Shown in pieces: positions 13,880 through 27,721 of a stretch of DNA of 64,000 nucleotides (its first letter is position 1; each line of letters begins with the position of its first letter). Below the pieces are notes generated by a model, which saw only the letters and a program-made list of their open reading frames with translations, was not told the DNA's origin and made no database searches. This DNA comes from Octopus vulgaris. Its lineage: Eukaryota. The translations under genes and the position numbers were made by a program. The stretch lies in the NCBI GenBank assembly GCA_951406725.2, contig OX597815.1:191270001-191334000 (forward strand), given 5' to 3'.

Positions 13880-14560
13880 GCTGACAATATAAGTAGGAAA
13901 ATATTAACTTGTCCTCCAGCATGGATATTATCCATCAAGCTACACATTACTATAATGACAAATACGAATATGTTGAAAATATCCAACAGAGAAATCAGAA
14001 ATCAGAAAAGAAACAGCATCTGAGTTAAGCCTCCTCCTCACCCAGCCACCACCACTTTCATACACTATGAGTGTCAAAACCAATATAAGCTACAATCTTC
14101 TGTATCTGATAACTAAGTATTTTCCTATATCATGCTTTTCAGCTACTTCAGAATATTTCATTTCAAAAGTCTAACCACAACCAAAATCATACAAACAGAA
14201 ACACCTCCACTTTAACTGAGAGAATTCAGTTGTAAGAATACTTTAGCTTGTCCACTTAATCACAAATGCCTCACCAAGGCACATGTGTATAGAACAAAGA
14301 TAATGACCGCAAATATTACATAGAGAAACTACATTGGTCTTATGGAAAATGCATTTGTTATAAGGTACATGGCACATACTCATTTAAAATCTATAAAATT
14401 AACTCCTCTGCTCCTCCCCAATACTACAGGAATTTGATGAATGACAGAATAAGATAACTAACATGCCAGTAATTTCAAACATCATCAAAGTTCCAGCCAC
14501 TTATTTCAGTGATATTAAATGGTGCCTTTGCTGGTCAGAGAAGTTTTATTGTTTGACATG
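13880..14560 (+). mobile_element. Decayed Penelope-like element (linker and GIY-YIG endonuclease remnant)
   Basis: Broken frames give PPLSYTMSVKTNISYNLLYLITKYFP, SCKNTLACPLNHKCLT and NYIGLMENAF, matching PLE motifs (NPPYS..VKTNIG..FL.LIDKHFP; C.C....CPL...CL; YIG). Boundaries approximate. Confidence 0.65.
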
Positions 14561-16149
14561 CAATGTTTAAGAGAAAGTGTGAAATATTCTACAGGTGTAA
14601 GTATTATAACAAATTCCCCTTGAAAACTTTTACTGATCAAGTAATCATCTTTGCCATCACCTAGAGATCATTGGCTAAAGGCATCCAGCAACAACACACA
14701 TTAGTAATTTCCCTGTATACAGCTCTGTATATGCATCAATGTCACATAACTGGCACCTGTGCCACTGACATTAAAAAGCATCCTTCAAACTTCGGGCCTC
14801 ACATTGACAAGTGACCAAGACTTTTGGCAATATACTGTGCCTGAGAAGACCTGTCAACCCAAGTGAGGTTGTAGTCATGGCCGATGCTGATGTTTCTTAA
14901 CTGGCACCCATGTTGGTGACACATAAAATGCACTCACTACACTCTTTCAGTGGTTGGCATTAGGAAGGGCTGGAACCTAGTGAAGCTCCCCAGCTTACTA
15001 GTTTTTAGTCAAACCATCCAACCCATGCCAGCATGGAAAACAGACATTAAATAATGACAATGATGATGTATCATCATTGATTTAATGTCCACTTACCATG
15101 CTTGCATGGGTCAGACAGAATTCATTGAGGTAGATTTTTTTATGGCTGAATACCCTTCCTGTTACCAATCATTACCTGATTCCAAGTGAAGTAATATTTT
15201 CCTATGACTGGACATGTTGTTGCGAAAGACTAGAAATAAAGGACACTGCTTGTATGACAGTGACACTCATTTACAACTATTACGTGATGTCAAGACAAGG
15301 AGACACAAACACTCACACACAAATATAAGTATACATGTGTGTGTATGTGTAAATAGGTAGGCAGATGTGTATATGCCTATGATATGCTTATTTCAGTCCA
15401 ACTGCCAAATACACTCACAGCCTTGTTTACCCGTATTTTTATCTATTAGTTGTTGTTTTTTTTAAACTGAGATAGTTCTTTGCTATCTTTTTTTATCTAA
15501 AAATATACTTTTTAAAAATGCTTTTGGTATTGTTGAAGGACATAAAATCATAAGTTTCTTTAATACCAAATTTTACATAATATTATTTACCAGATTCAAT
15601 TTCTTGCTAACTTTTTAGAGCAAGCCAATATCAAACTAAATTCAGAGGCTACTGTTTATTGTTCATCAGAAAACCAAAGTTATATTTTAAAGATATTTCT
15701 TAGCTATAAGTTGTTTATAGTGTTGCAAACATAAATAGTTGAATATTTTTAACTATTAGGTTTGAACCATTATATGATAATAATCAAATTTGAAAAGTCT
15801 AAAATCTATTAAAGCAGTTTATGGCATTTTATGCTGTTTTTTTGTTTTTTTTTCATAATTTTTTAACATTTCTTTTATTGATGTCTGCATTTTATAAAGA
15901 CCACCTAAATTCTATTAACTGAATTGTTTATGTCTCTGAGTTTAAGCTTTACCAATGTTGCCTTTGTATTTCATCACTCAGAGGTTAATAAATAAGTAGA
16001 TATTTATGTACTGGTGTTGTGTGCTGAGTATGAAATATCTTAAAGCAGTAGTTTCCAAACTTTTTAAATCTTCTTCTTTTTAATGACTGCTTCAGGTTCT
16101 TAAAATTTATGTTGAGTCTTGCATTGAATTATTGAATATAATCATCATT

Positions 16150-16395
16150 AGAGTTGCTGAAGCATGGAACAAACTGCCAGCATCAGTTGTTAGTTGTCGG
16201 AGCACTGCATCCTTCAAAACTTCCATGCTTCCTGAGATTCACCAACACTACACCTGATTTTCTCCTCTCCATACACACGCAAGCATGTATCTGACTCATA
16301 CACTGTTCACTTCCCAGACATTTGTACATTACTGCATATGCTTTATATGCACTTTTGACAAGTTGTGGTGCACCTGAGCACTGTATATAATAATT

Positions 16396-16435
<40 letters not shown>

Positions 16436-16443
16436 CATTATTA
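16150..16443 (+). mobile_element. CR1-clade LINE 3' fragment
   Basis: RVAEAWNKLPASVVSCRSTASFK (CR1 C-terminal RV...WN.LP..VV.....FK motif), then 3' UTR and (ATT)n tail. Confidence 0.75.
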
Positions 16444-16849
16444 TAAGAGTCAGCATTTTAGCGTCCATTTCAAATCATATCTGACTTGATTCTCATCCTT
16501 TCCTGTTACTTTGTCATCACCAGGAAATGCAACATCAATGATTAAGCAAATACTTTTTTTCTTTATATATGCATGTAGTTGTATGGTAAGGAACTTGCTT
16601 CCCTACTACATGGTCCCAGGTTCAGTTCCACTGTGTGGTCCCTTGGGCAAGTGTCTTCTACTATAGCCTTGGAGTGACCAAAACCTTGTGAGTGGATTTT
16701 TTAGGCAGAAACTGAAAGAAGCCTGTTGTATATATATCTTTTAGAAGTAAATCTAAGACATTTCAATATATATATATATATATATACAACAGGCTTCTTT
16801 CAGTTTCTGTCTAACAAATCCACTCACAAGGTTTTGGTCAGCACAAGGG

Positions 16850-16894
<45 letters not shown>

Positions 16895-18014
16895 TACATA
16901 CACGCACAGACACACACACATATACACATGTGTTATCAGTTGTATCGATCCAATGTACAGCATAATTGCCACTCCTTTTGGTACAGTTTTTTTGTTTTGT
17001 CTATATATCATAGCTTCTTCAGCATTAGCCTCACCGTTTCCTCCAGGATTTTCTTCTGTCATAGGAACATTTTGCTTTCAAAGCACAACATCTCAACTCA
17101 CCAAATCTCATCAACCATTCACCCCACATACCTATACCAACACATTTATCTCACTTCCATTATCTCATCTCTACACATTGACTGGTCCCTTTAATCCTCA
17201 CTCACTTTTTTTAGCCCCCACACACGCTCCACCTCTCTCATGCTAGTTAACATTACATATCCAACAGATATATGTCTTTGTACCTTTTTAGCCTTCACAG
17301 ATTTCTCTGCTTTGTCTTCCAACCACGCAACATCTCCCTTGAACCATTCAGTAATACCTGCTCTATGTATATATATATGTATATATATACATACACACAC
17401 ACATAGACAATCTTTGCTTATGTATGTGTATTTACCTGTGTATTTATATACATTATGCACAAACACATACACACACACACGCACACACACGTTAGGTTGT
17501 ATTACCTCTATAGACCTCAGATTGGGAATCACTGTGTTGAGCCATGTGCAAAAATTCCCCCACCTCTTTCTGTCTGTGTATGTGTATATATATATATATA
17601 TATATACATATACATACAGAGGGAGATAGGTTTACTTACATGGATAGGGCATACACACACAAGCACGCAGTTATACTTGCATACACATACAGCCACATAT
17701 AAGTGTATACACATACATAAACACACGTTGAACGCAATAAAGCTAAGCAGACATAAAAACCTTCGGAAGAAGTCATGAAATACTGAGAGATAAGGTGAGA
17801 TCCTGTTCTTTTACAGGTATCAGTGACTTCCAAACATCAAACTAATGTTATCATAGCAAATCAAAATGAAACAGAATACATGTTTGCTTGATACAGTTAA
17901 TGTTGATGGGCATCACATGATATCTGTTTCCTGTAAATTATTTTATTATTCCCAGTCATGTTCTTTTCGTATGTGGTTTGTTAATTCTGTTCCTACTTTA
18001 CGTTTGTTTTGCAG

Positions 18015-18173
18015 GAATTGAAAGAAGCTGAAGAGAAAATGCATGATTGCTCAGGGAAAGGAAACAGAACTCCATCCAAGATCAATCACAAAGAGGAATT
18101 AAATCATAACCAAAACAAAGATGTGGCCTTAACGAAACTTTCAGAGCCTGTACAAGAGACTAGATCTATAAAG
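18015..18173 (+). CDS. SLC39A13: ZIP13 coding exon (cytosolic loop)
   Basis: ttttgcAG acceptor, AAG|GTTGGT donor. 159 bp open frame ELKEAEEKMHDCSGKG...QETRSIK. Phase 0/0; the ending RSIK precedes SGYLNLLAN as in ZIP13. Confidence 0.82.
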
Positions 18174-18499
18174 GTTGGTGAAGAATAAAAGGTTTAATAC
18201 ACACTTCCTAAATGTGATCAGAATTGGCCCCTGAGACCTATAAGACCCTCTTCTCTCCAGGCAATTGTCCAGTGTGCATATGCCTTATGATGGCACTGTA
18301 GACAATGTAAAACATATCATGCATATATATGTATGTGTGTGGTGTGTGTATGATATGTAAGCATATATGTATATGTGTGTGTGTATGCATATGTATATGT
18401 ATATATATGTGATATAATGCACAGTAAATTGGTTGGCATTAGGAAGGGCACCCAGCTGTAGAAAACCACTCTAAAACTTATATATATATATATATATTT

Positions 18500-19510
18500 A
18501 TTTTTTCATTTCATTTCATCTAGTTTCAGCTCACGGGCTGTGGCCATGCTGGGACACCGCCATTCGGTGTTGCTACATGATTTTACTTCACGAATGCTTT
18601 TTAGCAATTGACATTTGGTGCATGAGAGAGTTTGATGCAGCTGCCCTCATCTGCACCTTCTGCTGTGAAGTTGGTTCATCTGGGACACCTGACAGGAAGA
18701 GGTCCAGCTTTATTTTAAAGACATCTGCATCCACCCCATGTAGGTCTCTCAGGTCCTTTGAGAGGATATTGAAGAGCTGGGGACCTCTGAAGCCCAGGCT
18801 ATCACAGTATCTTGTCCTACATCTTGATTGTAAATTTGGAGTCCTTGACACTATGTAGTGGCGCCCAGTTCTAGTATTTGTGTAACTCTCGATGCCAAAG
18901 TTTGGGACAAGTCCTTCCAGGATCTTCCAGATGTATATTATGGCATATCTTTCTTGCCTACGCTCTAAGGAATAGAATCTTAATCTCTTGAGTCTTTCCC
19001 AATAGCTTATATGCTGCACAGAGGCTATCTTCTTCATGTAGCCTCGTTGGATCACCTCAAGTTCTGTGATTAATTTGACACTGGTTGGTGACCATAGCTG
19101 AGAGCAATAGTCAAAGTGGCTTAGAACAAGTGAGGACCATCATGGTTTCCTGGTCTCTTGTTCAAAAAGCTCTAAGAATCCATCCGGTCAGCCACCTACA
19201 TTTCATTGCCAATTTAGCAACATGCACATGAAAGGTTGCATCATTACTCATATAAATACCCAGGTCTCGCACTGATTGTGCCTCTGGGATTGCAATCCCT
19301 CCAGGTCCAGTGTATTTATTGGGTATTGCATTTAGTTTTGCATGCTGATAGCATAAAGCTTGAAACTTTTCAGCATTGAACTGCATGCTATTCTTTTCAG
19401 CCCACTTGTATATTTTGACCAGCTCACATTGCAGGTGCATAGTGTCTTTAGGGTTCTGTATTACTTGTGAAACTTTTGTATCATCTGCATAATTTGTGAT
19501 CGTGGCTCTC

Positions 19511-19512
<2 letters not shown>
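18500..19512 (-). mobile_element. 5'-truncated CR1/L2-group LINE, frameshifted RT C-terminus
   Basis: YADD in ORF 19162-19575, followed by SYWERLKRL...SLERRQER...IWKIL in ORF 18588-19055; (GAAAT)n tail; flanked by (TA)n on both sides. Confidence 0.9.
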
Positions 19513-19558
<46 letters not shown>

Positions 19559-19590
19559 CACATACATACACACACACACAGATAAACTCC

Positions 19591-19808
19591 AAATTGAGGG
19601 AGTGGAGCAGGTAAAAGTCAGGCTACCTGTTTCCTAGATAGCAGATCCTCTGATGTAATAATTACTTAACAAGGGGTATTCAGCTAGATATCTTCGACCT
19701 GATGAGTAGCTAGTTAATTACCTCTTGTTGAGTAATTATTACATCAGAGGATCTGCTATGTATGAAACATATGTAGCCTGAATTTTAACTGCTCCACTTC
19801 GTCAATTT
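19591..19808. repeat. Long imperfect hairpin (MITE-like)
   Basis: About 95-bp arms, e.g. TAGCAGATCCTCTGATGTAATAATTACT / AGTAATTATTACATCAGAGGATCTGCTA. Confidence 0.85.
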
Positions 19809-20120
19809 GAATTATTATTTGCATTATTAGCAACTCAGGCTGCTAAATGTGAGCTATACAAAATTGTTTTCAGTTTATTCAAACTTTGATATGGGAAAAG
19901 CTTACAACCTTTGATTCCAATAAATTATTATTGTTCCTATACATTGTTTATTTTACCTACTATGGACTGCTTGAAGCTTACAAGCTTCCTACATTTAGAT
20001 CCTGGGATCTTATAACTCATATATATATATGTATGTGTGTGTGTGTGTGTGTGTTAAATAAAACGAGACAACAAAGCCAAGGCTGTGTGGAATTTATAGG
20101 ACATTTATAAAGGGAAAGGT

Positions 20121-20170
20121 AGTCTTACAGCTGTTTCTGTGATATTTGGGACATCCCTTCATCAGAGATG
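20121..20170 (-). ncRNA. Minimal hammerhead-ribozyme-like motif (Penelope-type)
   Basis: Minus strand TCT-CTGATGA-agggatgtcccaaatatcaca-GAAA-CAGCTG-TA-AGA: core boxes, palindromic stem III, GUA triplet, 3-bp stem I. Confidence 0.55.
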
Positions 20171-20296
20171 ATATGAGAGAATTAACTAGAGGGAAATAGT
20201 TCATATATATATACTTTCTGCTATTCTGATGTTTCCATTTTATGTCATTGTTTAATATATATATATTTTTTTTATATGTTCTTTATTTTTTTCCAG

Positions 20297-20386
20297 ATTA
20301 GTGGTTATTTAAATCTTCTTGCCAACATTATAGATAATTTCACTCATGGGCTTGCTGTTGGTGGAAGTTTTCTGGTATGCAATAAG
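20297..20386 (+). CDS. SLC39A13: ZIP13 coding exon (TM4)
   Basis: ttccAG...AAG|GTAAA. ISGYLNLLANIIDNFTHGLAVGGSFLVCNK; the DNFTHG motif is ZIP13-type (ZIP7 has HNFTDG). Confidence 0.96.
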
Positions 20387-20408
20387 GTAAACACTCTCTC
20401 TTTCTTTC

Positions 20409-20485
<77 letters not shown>

Positions 20486-22676
20486 CTTTTTCTTTCTCTC
20501 CCTCCCCCTTGGAAACAAATGAAGGTTGGCAACAGGGAAGGCATCCAGCTGTAGAAGAATCTGCCTCAATAAACTCCACTTGATTCATGCAATCATGGAA
20601 AAGTGAACATTAAGACGATTATGATGAAGATGATCATTATCATCATTATACAGGAACTTACCTACAGCTCCAGCATCCTCATTAGATATGCAAAAATTAG
20701 ATATTTCCAATTTATTCAACAATACTTATTAGGCGTATAATGTTGGTTTATCCATTTAGATTTTTATATCCATTTATTCTTTTACTTGTTTCAGTCATTT
20801 GACTGTGGCCATGCTGGAGCACCGCCTTTAGTTGAGCAAATCGACCCCATGACTTATTCTTTGTAAGCCCAGTACTTTATTCTATCGATCTTTTTTGCCG
20901 AACCGCTAAGTTACGGGGACGTAAACACACCAGCATCAGTTGTCAAGCGATGTCGATGGTACAAACACAGACACACAAACATATACACACACATACATAT
21001 ATATATACATATATATGATGGGCTTCTTTCAGTTTCCGTCTACCAAATCCACTCACAAGGCTTTGGTTGGCCCGAGGCTATTGTAGAAGACACTTGCCCA
21101 AGGTACCACGTAGTGGGACTGAACCCGGACCCATGTGGTTTGTAAGCAAGCTACTTACCACACAGCCACTCCTACACCTTTTTTTTTTTTTTTTTTTTTT
21201 TGCTATGGTATTTGAAAATATAGCTATTTCAAGTAGAGTTAATAAGATTACAAGCATCTCTTGCTGCACAGAAACATTGCATTCCTAAAAATTTTGCTAT
21301 AACTTGGAATTCTATAAGACAAGAGCTACTTTACCATTCAACTTCCATTTTATGTAACATATAGAGAGGTCAATGGAAAAATAGATTTCTCATTATGGAA
21401 TTTCCATGTGATAGCCTGCCATTGCATAGTAAATGCATTATCATCATCATCATTATCATTTAACGTCTACTTTTTCATGCTTGCATGGGTCAGACGGAAT
21501 TTGTTGAGGGAGAGTTTTCTATCATTGAATGCTCTTCCTGTCACTAACCCTCACCTGTCTCTCAGCAAGGTAGAGTTTTCTCATAACCAGACAGGTTTTT
21601 CAGGGAAAACAGGAAACAAACAACATCGCTATTACGATGGGGATGCTTGTTAACAACCATCACATAGTGTCTAGACAAGGGCATACACATGCACACATGC
21701 ATATCAGCATATATGATGGGCTTCTTCCAGTTTCTAGGGACTATTTTGGAACACATTTACCCAGGGTGCCGTGCAATGGAATTGAACTTAAGACTACATG
21801 GTTGAGAAGCAAGCTTCTTATACACACAGCTACACCTGTTGCTATGTAATTATAGCCTTTATCATTTTATCTTTTGTTTTTAGAGATATTGTGTATTCGG
21901 AAGGGCCTCCAGCTGTAAAAGCCTTGCCAAAGCTGACCTCGCCTGTGCTTGTACCATGTAAAAAGCACTACTCACCTCACCTGTGCTTGTGCCACATAAA
22001 AAGCACAAAGTCCACTCTGCTGAGTGGTTGGTGTTAAGAAGGGCATCCAGCTGTAAAAACCTTGCCAAAGTTGACCTCGCCTGTGCTTGTGCCACATAAA
22101 AAGCACTAAGTCGACTCTGCTGGGTGGTTGGTGTTTGGAAGGGCATCCAGATGTAAAATTCCTGCCAAAACAGTCACAGAAGTCTGATGCAGGTTTCTGC
22201 CTGGCTGGCTCTTGTGGTATTGTCCCACCCATGCTAGCATGGAACACAGACATTAAATGATGATGATGATGATGATGTGTATCTCATACTATGATGTCCA
22301 ATGTGTTATTTCTTTTCTAAGAAAATAGGATATGATTTTTAAGTACAATTAGCTTCTATTTCTTGCAAATTGGGCAGCCATATAAAAGCTCCTTCCATAA
22401 TTTGGCCTCAGTTGCAATAATCTATAATGGTTACTTCTGTCAAATTTTACCGTGACATGGACAATAAAGAACAGGGGGATCAATGACCTCATGTATATTT
22501 TTTAAAAATCACGTGTAGGAGTAGCTGTGTGGTAAGTAGCTTGCTTACCAACCACATGGTTCCGGGTTCAGTCCCACTGCGTGGCATCGTGGGCAAGTGT
22601 CTTCTACTATAGCCTCAGGCCGAACAAAGCCTTGTGAGTGGATTTGATAGACGGAAACTGAAAGAAGCCCGTCGTG

Positions 22677-22713
<37 letters not shown>

Positions 22714-23539
22714 ATATGTTTGTCCCCCAGCATTGCTTGACAACCGATGCCGGTGTGTTTACGTCCCCGTAACTTATTCGATAGAATAAGTATTAGGCTT
22801 ACAAAGAATAAGTCCTGGGATCGATTTGCTCGACCAAAGGTGGTGCTCCAGCCTGGCCACAGTCACATAACTGAAACAAACAAGAGTATATTGGTTTCTT
22901 AACTCGTTATGATAAGAAACCAGATTGCTGATAGAAGCATCTTGGAACTCCTACTGGAAATCTTAAGTAACATCATCATAAAAACATTCTTGAGTCTCAC
23001 AACATACAACATGCTTCCAAAAGTTCTCCCTCTCTCTCTCTTTCTTTCTCTCACTATCTTTCCCCCTCCCTCTTCCTCCCTCTCTCTCTCTTTCTCAATC
23101 TCACCTTTTTCTTTTTGATCTTGTACTACCTGTTTCTTACGCTATTGAGAGATAAGTTTGATCCAGCCGTTGTTGTGTACATCTTATAGCAACATGCTTT
23201 TGTGGGATAAAGGTCATTGAATATTATAATAATAATAATAATAATAATAATTATTTAGGTTTGGCTTCTAGCTTCTGCTTGATTCTTTTATGTCGTTAAT
23301 CTTTGATTTCGGTTTTTTGTCTTTTTTTTTTGTACTACAGATAATGTATTTGTGTATGTATTAATGTATATGCATGCTTTTTATATTACCTGCTCTCTGC
23401 CCAAATGTAAAATTCTGAAGTTTAAAATTCCTTTAATTCTACATTGTTAGTATATCATACTATAGATTTCCTATAATCTTTACCTCTCAACTAAAATTTA
23501 ACTGTTTCTCCTCCTCCTCCCCAATAATAATAATAATAA

Positions 23540-23700
23540 AATCTTGAGAAGTACATGGAGCAAACAGGCTGCAATAAGGGTAGAGCACTTACTCCAGATG
23601 GTGCTCGAAAAATAAGGGGTGTTACCTTAGTTCACTGGTAGTGAACAGCTGGTACCGGAGTACATCTCCAGCGTTAGAAGCTGTGCAAAGACAATAAATA
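23540..23700 (+). mobile_element. R4/Dong-like LINE 3' remnant in a TAA microsatellite
   Basis: LEKYMEQ..AIRVEHL...VLEK* resembles the R4/Dong C-terminus; (AAT)n on both flanks fits the known TAA-repeat targeting of Dong. Confidence 0.45.
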
Positions 23701-24088
23701 ATGATGATAATAATTTTAAATCCCTTTTTCCATGCTGGCATGGGTTGGGTGGTCCGACATGAACAGATGAGCCAGAGGGGTGTACCAGAGTGTAATGTCT
23801 GCTTTGGTATGGTTTCTACATCTGGATATCCTTCCTAACACCATCCACTTCACAGAATGGTTTGGGATGCTTTTTATGTGGCACCAGCACACCCTGTAAA
23901 GTAGTTGGTGTTAGTAAGGGCATCCAGGCATAGAAACCATGCCAAAACAGTCAATTGGAACCTGATGCAGTTCTCCAGCTGACCAGTTCCTGTCAAACTG
24001 TCCAACCCATGCCAGCATGGAGGACAGATGTTAAATGATGATGATGGTGATGTGTATTTGTATGTATATATAAATAGATATTTATGTA

Positions 24089-24324
24089 CAGGGTGGCCCA
24101 AAAGTCAGTTTACAGTTATCACATAGGCACTTTAAATTTCTTTTAAAACATTTTATTACATTTAAATTTCTATCTTACAAACTGAAAAGGGAACTTGACA
24201 AAATTAACTAAATTAGCATAGAATAAATGGTTTCATACTTTTTTAGAATTAAGATCTAAACTGTTACTATATGAATGCGAAAGAGATAGTTGAATAACTA
24301 CAAACCTACTTTTGGGCCACCCTG
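24089..24324. mobile_element. Tc1/mariner-type MITE
   Basis: TA|CAGGGTGGCCCAAAAGT...ACTTTTGGGCCACCCTG|TA. Confidence 0.85.
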
Positions 24325-25120
24325 TATATCCAGCTGTAGAAACCATGCCACAACAGACAATTGGAGTCTGGGCAGCTTTGCTAGCCAGTTCCATGTCAAA
24401 CCATCCGACACATGCCAGCATGGAAAGTGGACATTAAGCGTTGACGATGTTTATATATATATCATCATTATCATCTTCATCATCATCATCTTCATTTAAC
24501 ATCCATTGTCCACGCTGGCATTGATTGGACAGTTTGACTAGGCTGGCATGCCAGAAGGCTGCACCAAACTCCAGTCAGATTTGTCATGGTTTTCTATGGC
24601 TGAATGCCCTTCCTAACACCAACTGCTCCAAGAGAGTAATGGGTGCTTTTACACGCCACCAGCACATATGTATGTATGTGTGTATGTATGTATGTATCAT
24701 CATCATTTAATGTCCATTTTCCATGCTGGCATGGGCTGGATGGTTTGACCAAGGCTGGCTGCACTAGATTCCAATCTGATTTTGGCATGGTTTATATATA
24801 TATATATATATACTCTGTTGGTTATGACGGTGAGGGTCCCAGCTGATATGATCAACGGAACAGCTTGCTCATGAAATTAATGTGCAAGTGGCTGAGCACT
24901 CCACAGACACTGGGAGATTCAGAGTGACACAGAGTGTAACAAGGCTGGCCCTTTGGAATACAGCTACTACTCATTTTTGCCAGCCGAGTGGATTGGAGCA
25001 ACATGAAATGAAGTGTCTTGCTCAAGGACACAATGTGTCGCTGGGAATTGAACTAATGACCTTATGATCATGAGCTGAATGCCCTAACCACTAGGCCATG
25101 TGATTTCACACACAGACAGA

Positions 25121-25153
<33 letters not shown>

Positions 25154-25302
25154 TACTATATGAAAAAATTTTATAACATTTTTCTAACATAACAACTTAA
25201 ATATATTCTTTAACCTTATAAAACAAACCTTCTGTAATTTTTTCACTCTTTTCTATTTTCTATATATCCAACCATGTGCTTTCACACACCAACTTTCTCA
25301 CC

Positions 25303-25342
<40 letters not shown>

Positions 25343-27322
25343 TGTATTTGCTGATAGATATTATCCATAGAGGAGAGAGAGAGAGAGGAAGAATTTTTTT
25401 AGATGCTTGTTCATATCTTTAACATACCGAATCTCATTTCCCATTGTTCTTTTATTGTTTCTTAACCTCTTTAAACGGCTAGCACCACAACGGTTGCATG
25501 GTTGTTAAATGCTTACACTGTAACATAAACAGATAATTGTCAACTTCCAAGTAATTCCTTAATTACCAAGTCAAAAAAAAATTTACGTTTTGAAAGATAA
25601 CAATGAGACAGAGACACAGATAAATTTGTAATGCTGCAAAATAATTTGATAATTGTTCCGTTACTTTCTTTACATATTTGTGTTCAGTTCTCCTGGATTT
25701 TGTGAGCGTAGTGTATGTGTGTTTTATCTTTTGTTTTGTTTTTCTTTCTTGTTCTGCCACCTCTGTCTTCCTAACTTTTTACAAGTGAATCAAATTACTT
25801 TCTGTATTTGAACTAATGTCTGTCAAATGATGGAGTTGTCATCTTCATAACACTACTCGAATTATAGATAGCATTCATTTTTTTGTTTGTTTTTTTTGCT
25901 TGTGTGGTAAGAAATTTGCTCCGTAACCATGTGGTTCTGGGTTCAATTCCACTGCATGGCACCTTGGGCAAGTGTTTTCTACTAAAGCCCCAGGCTGGCC
26001 AAAGCCTTGTGAGTGGACTTTGTAGACGGAAACTGAAAGAAGCCCTTCACACACACACACATACTCACGCATATATATGTATCACCATCATCATCATCAT
26101 CGTTTAACATCCATTTTCCATGCTGGCATGGGTTGGACAGTTTGACTGAGGTTCGGAGAGCCAGTGGCTGCACCAGGCTCCAATCTGATCTGGCCATGTT
26201 TCTGCAGCTGGATGCCCTTCCTAACGCCTACCACTCCGAGAGTGTAGTGGGTGTGTTTTACACGCCACCGACACAGGAGCCAGTCAGGCAGGCCTGGCAT
26301 CGATCACATTCGGATAGTGCCTTTTACGTGCCACTGGCACAGGAGCCAGTCAGTGGGTACTGGCATTGACCACATTTGGATGGTGCTTTTTACATACCAC
26401 TGGCACACAAACCAGTCAGGCGGTCCTGGCATCGACCACATCTGTATATATCTGTGTGTTTGTCCCCACCACTATTTGACAACCAGTACTGGTTTGTTTA
26501 TGTCCTTGTAACTTAGTAGTTCAGCAAAAGAGACCAATAGAATAAATATCAGGCTTTCAAATAAATATTAAAGTTGATTTGTTCAATTAAACCCTTCAAT
26601 GTGGTGCCCCAGCATGGTCACAGTCCAATGACTGAAGCAAGTAAAAGATATTTATCATAATCATCATTTTTGATAGAAAAAGTCAAAGAATACCTCATGA
26701 GACTACAGGAGATGTGGGCTCGTGTCCACTGACAACCTTCAACTTTTTCATATCCACAAGGGTTTTGCAACCTTGTATTTACATGCCATTTTCTTATAGT
26801 TGTATGTTATGAGCTTTGAGAACCATTATTCCACAAAACAACTATTATATCACCACCATCTGTTACATTATGGGACCGAACAAGGAAACCCTACGCAAAA
26901 CCATGGATTGCTATTTCTACCAAGGGTCCACTACCAAGTTCTACCCATGACCAATAGCCACCTCTTCAGAGTAAGTCTATCCATCTGTGCCATACATGCC
27001 CACCTGTGCTGGATAAACCATTAAGCAAAATAAGCATGTTATCAAGACTTCAAGTGAAGTGGGGGCAGCCCAGAAATGGTAAATGGTTTATGGCACAAAA
27101 GAAATTGTTTTAAATTTGCTAAAATAATATTCAAAGTGGTTTATATGATCGAAAATATAATTTTGAAGTATTCATGGTGTCATAGTGAGGATCTGATCAA
27201 AGACTTTGCAATGAAAAAAAAAGTAGGAGCAAACTTTTCAAATATAGATAAAGTGGAAGTATACAAAAGTAAACATTATTTCCCCATTTTACTGTTAGTT
27301 TTGTTTCATTTCGAAAAATAAT

Positions 27323-27721
27323 TTGTTTTATAAAGAATAAAAAGTTTTGAATGGTACAAGAATGCACTATATTATAAAAAAGAATGGACTATATACCTGT
27401 TGTAATTTAGTTATCCACAGTCTGATGATATTTCGGAATGCAATTCCTTCTTCAGATATTCTTAGATGGAGTTGCTGTTATAATCGGTTTTCTAATGGCT
27501 TTTCTTTATATTTGTACCAATTGTTATTATCATTATTATTTGAGAAAAGCCATTAGAAAACTGATTATAGCAGCAACTCCATCTAAGAATATCTGAAGAA
27601 GGAATTGTATTCCGAAATATCATCGGACTGTGGATAACTAAATTACAACAGGTATATAGCCCATTGCCTGTATTATAGTGCATTGTTGTACCATTCAAAT
27701 GTTTTTATTCTTTACAAACAA
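27323..27721. repeat. Long inverted repeat
   Basis: About 180-bp arms (27323-27505, 27543-27721) with a short spacer; mirror ORFs 27347+ and 27492- in the track confirm it. Confidence 0.9.

Noticed and set aside
16726-17833. Many YIYI/HTHT/CVCV ORFs (also 9381-10041, 29355-29850, 45124-45529)
   Set aside because: Translations of (TA)n and (CA)n microsatellites and SINEs.
27421-27445. Additional CTGATGA hammerhead candidates (also about 11264, 19699, 29553)
   Set aside because: No correctly placed GAAA, stem III or NUH site.
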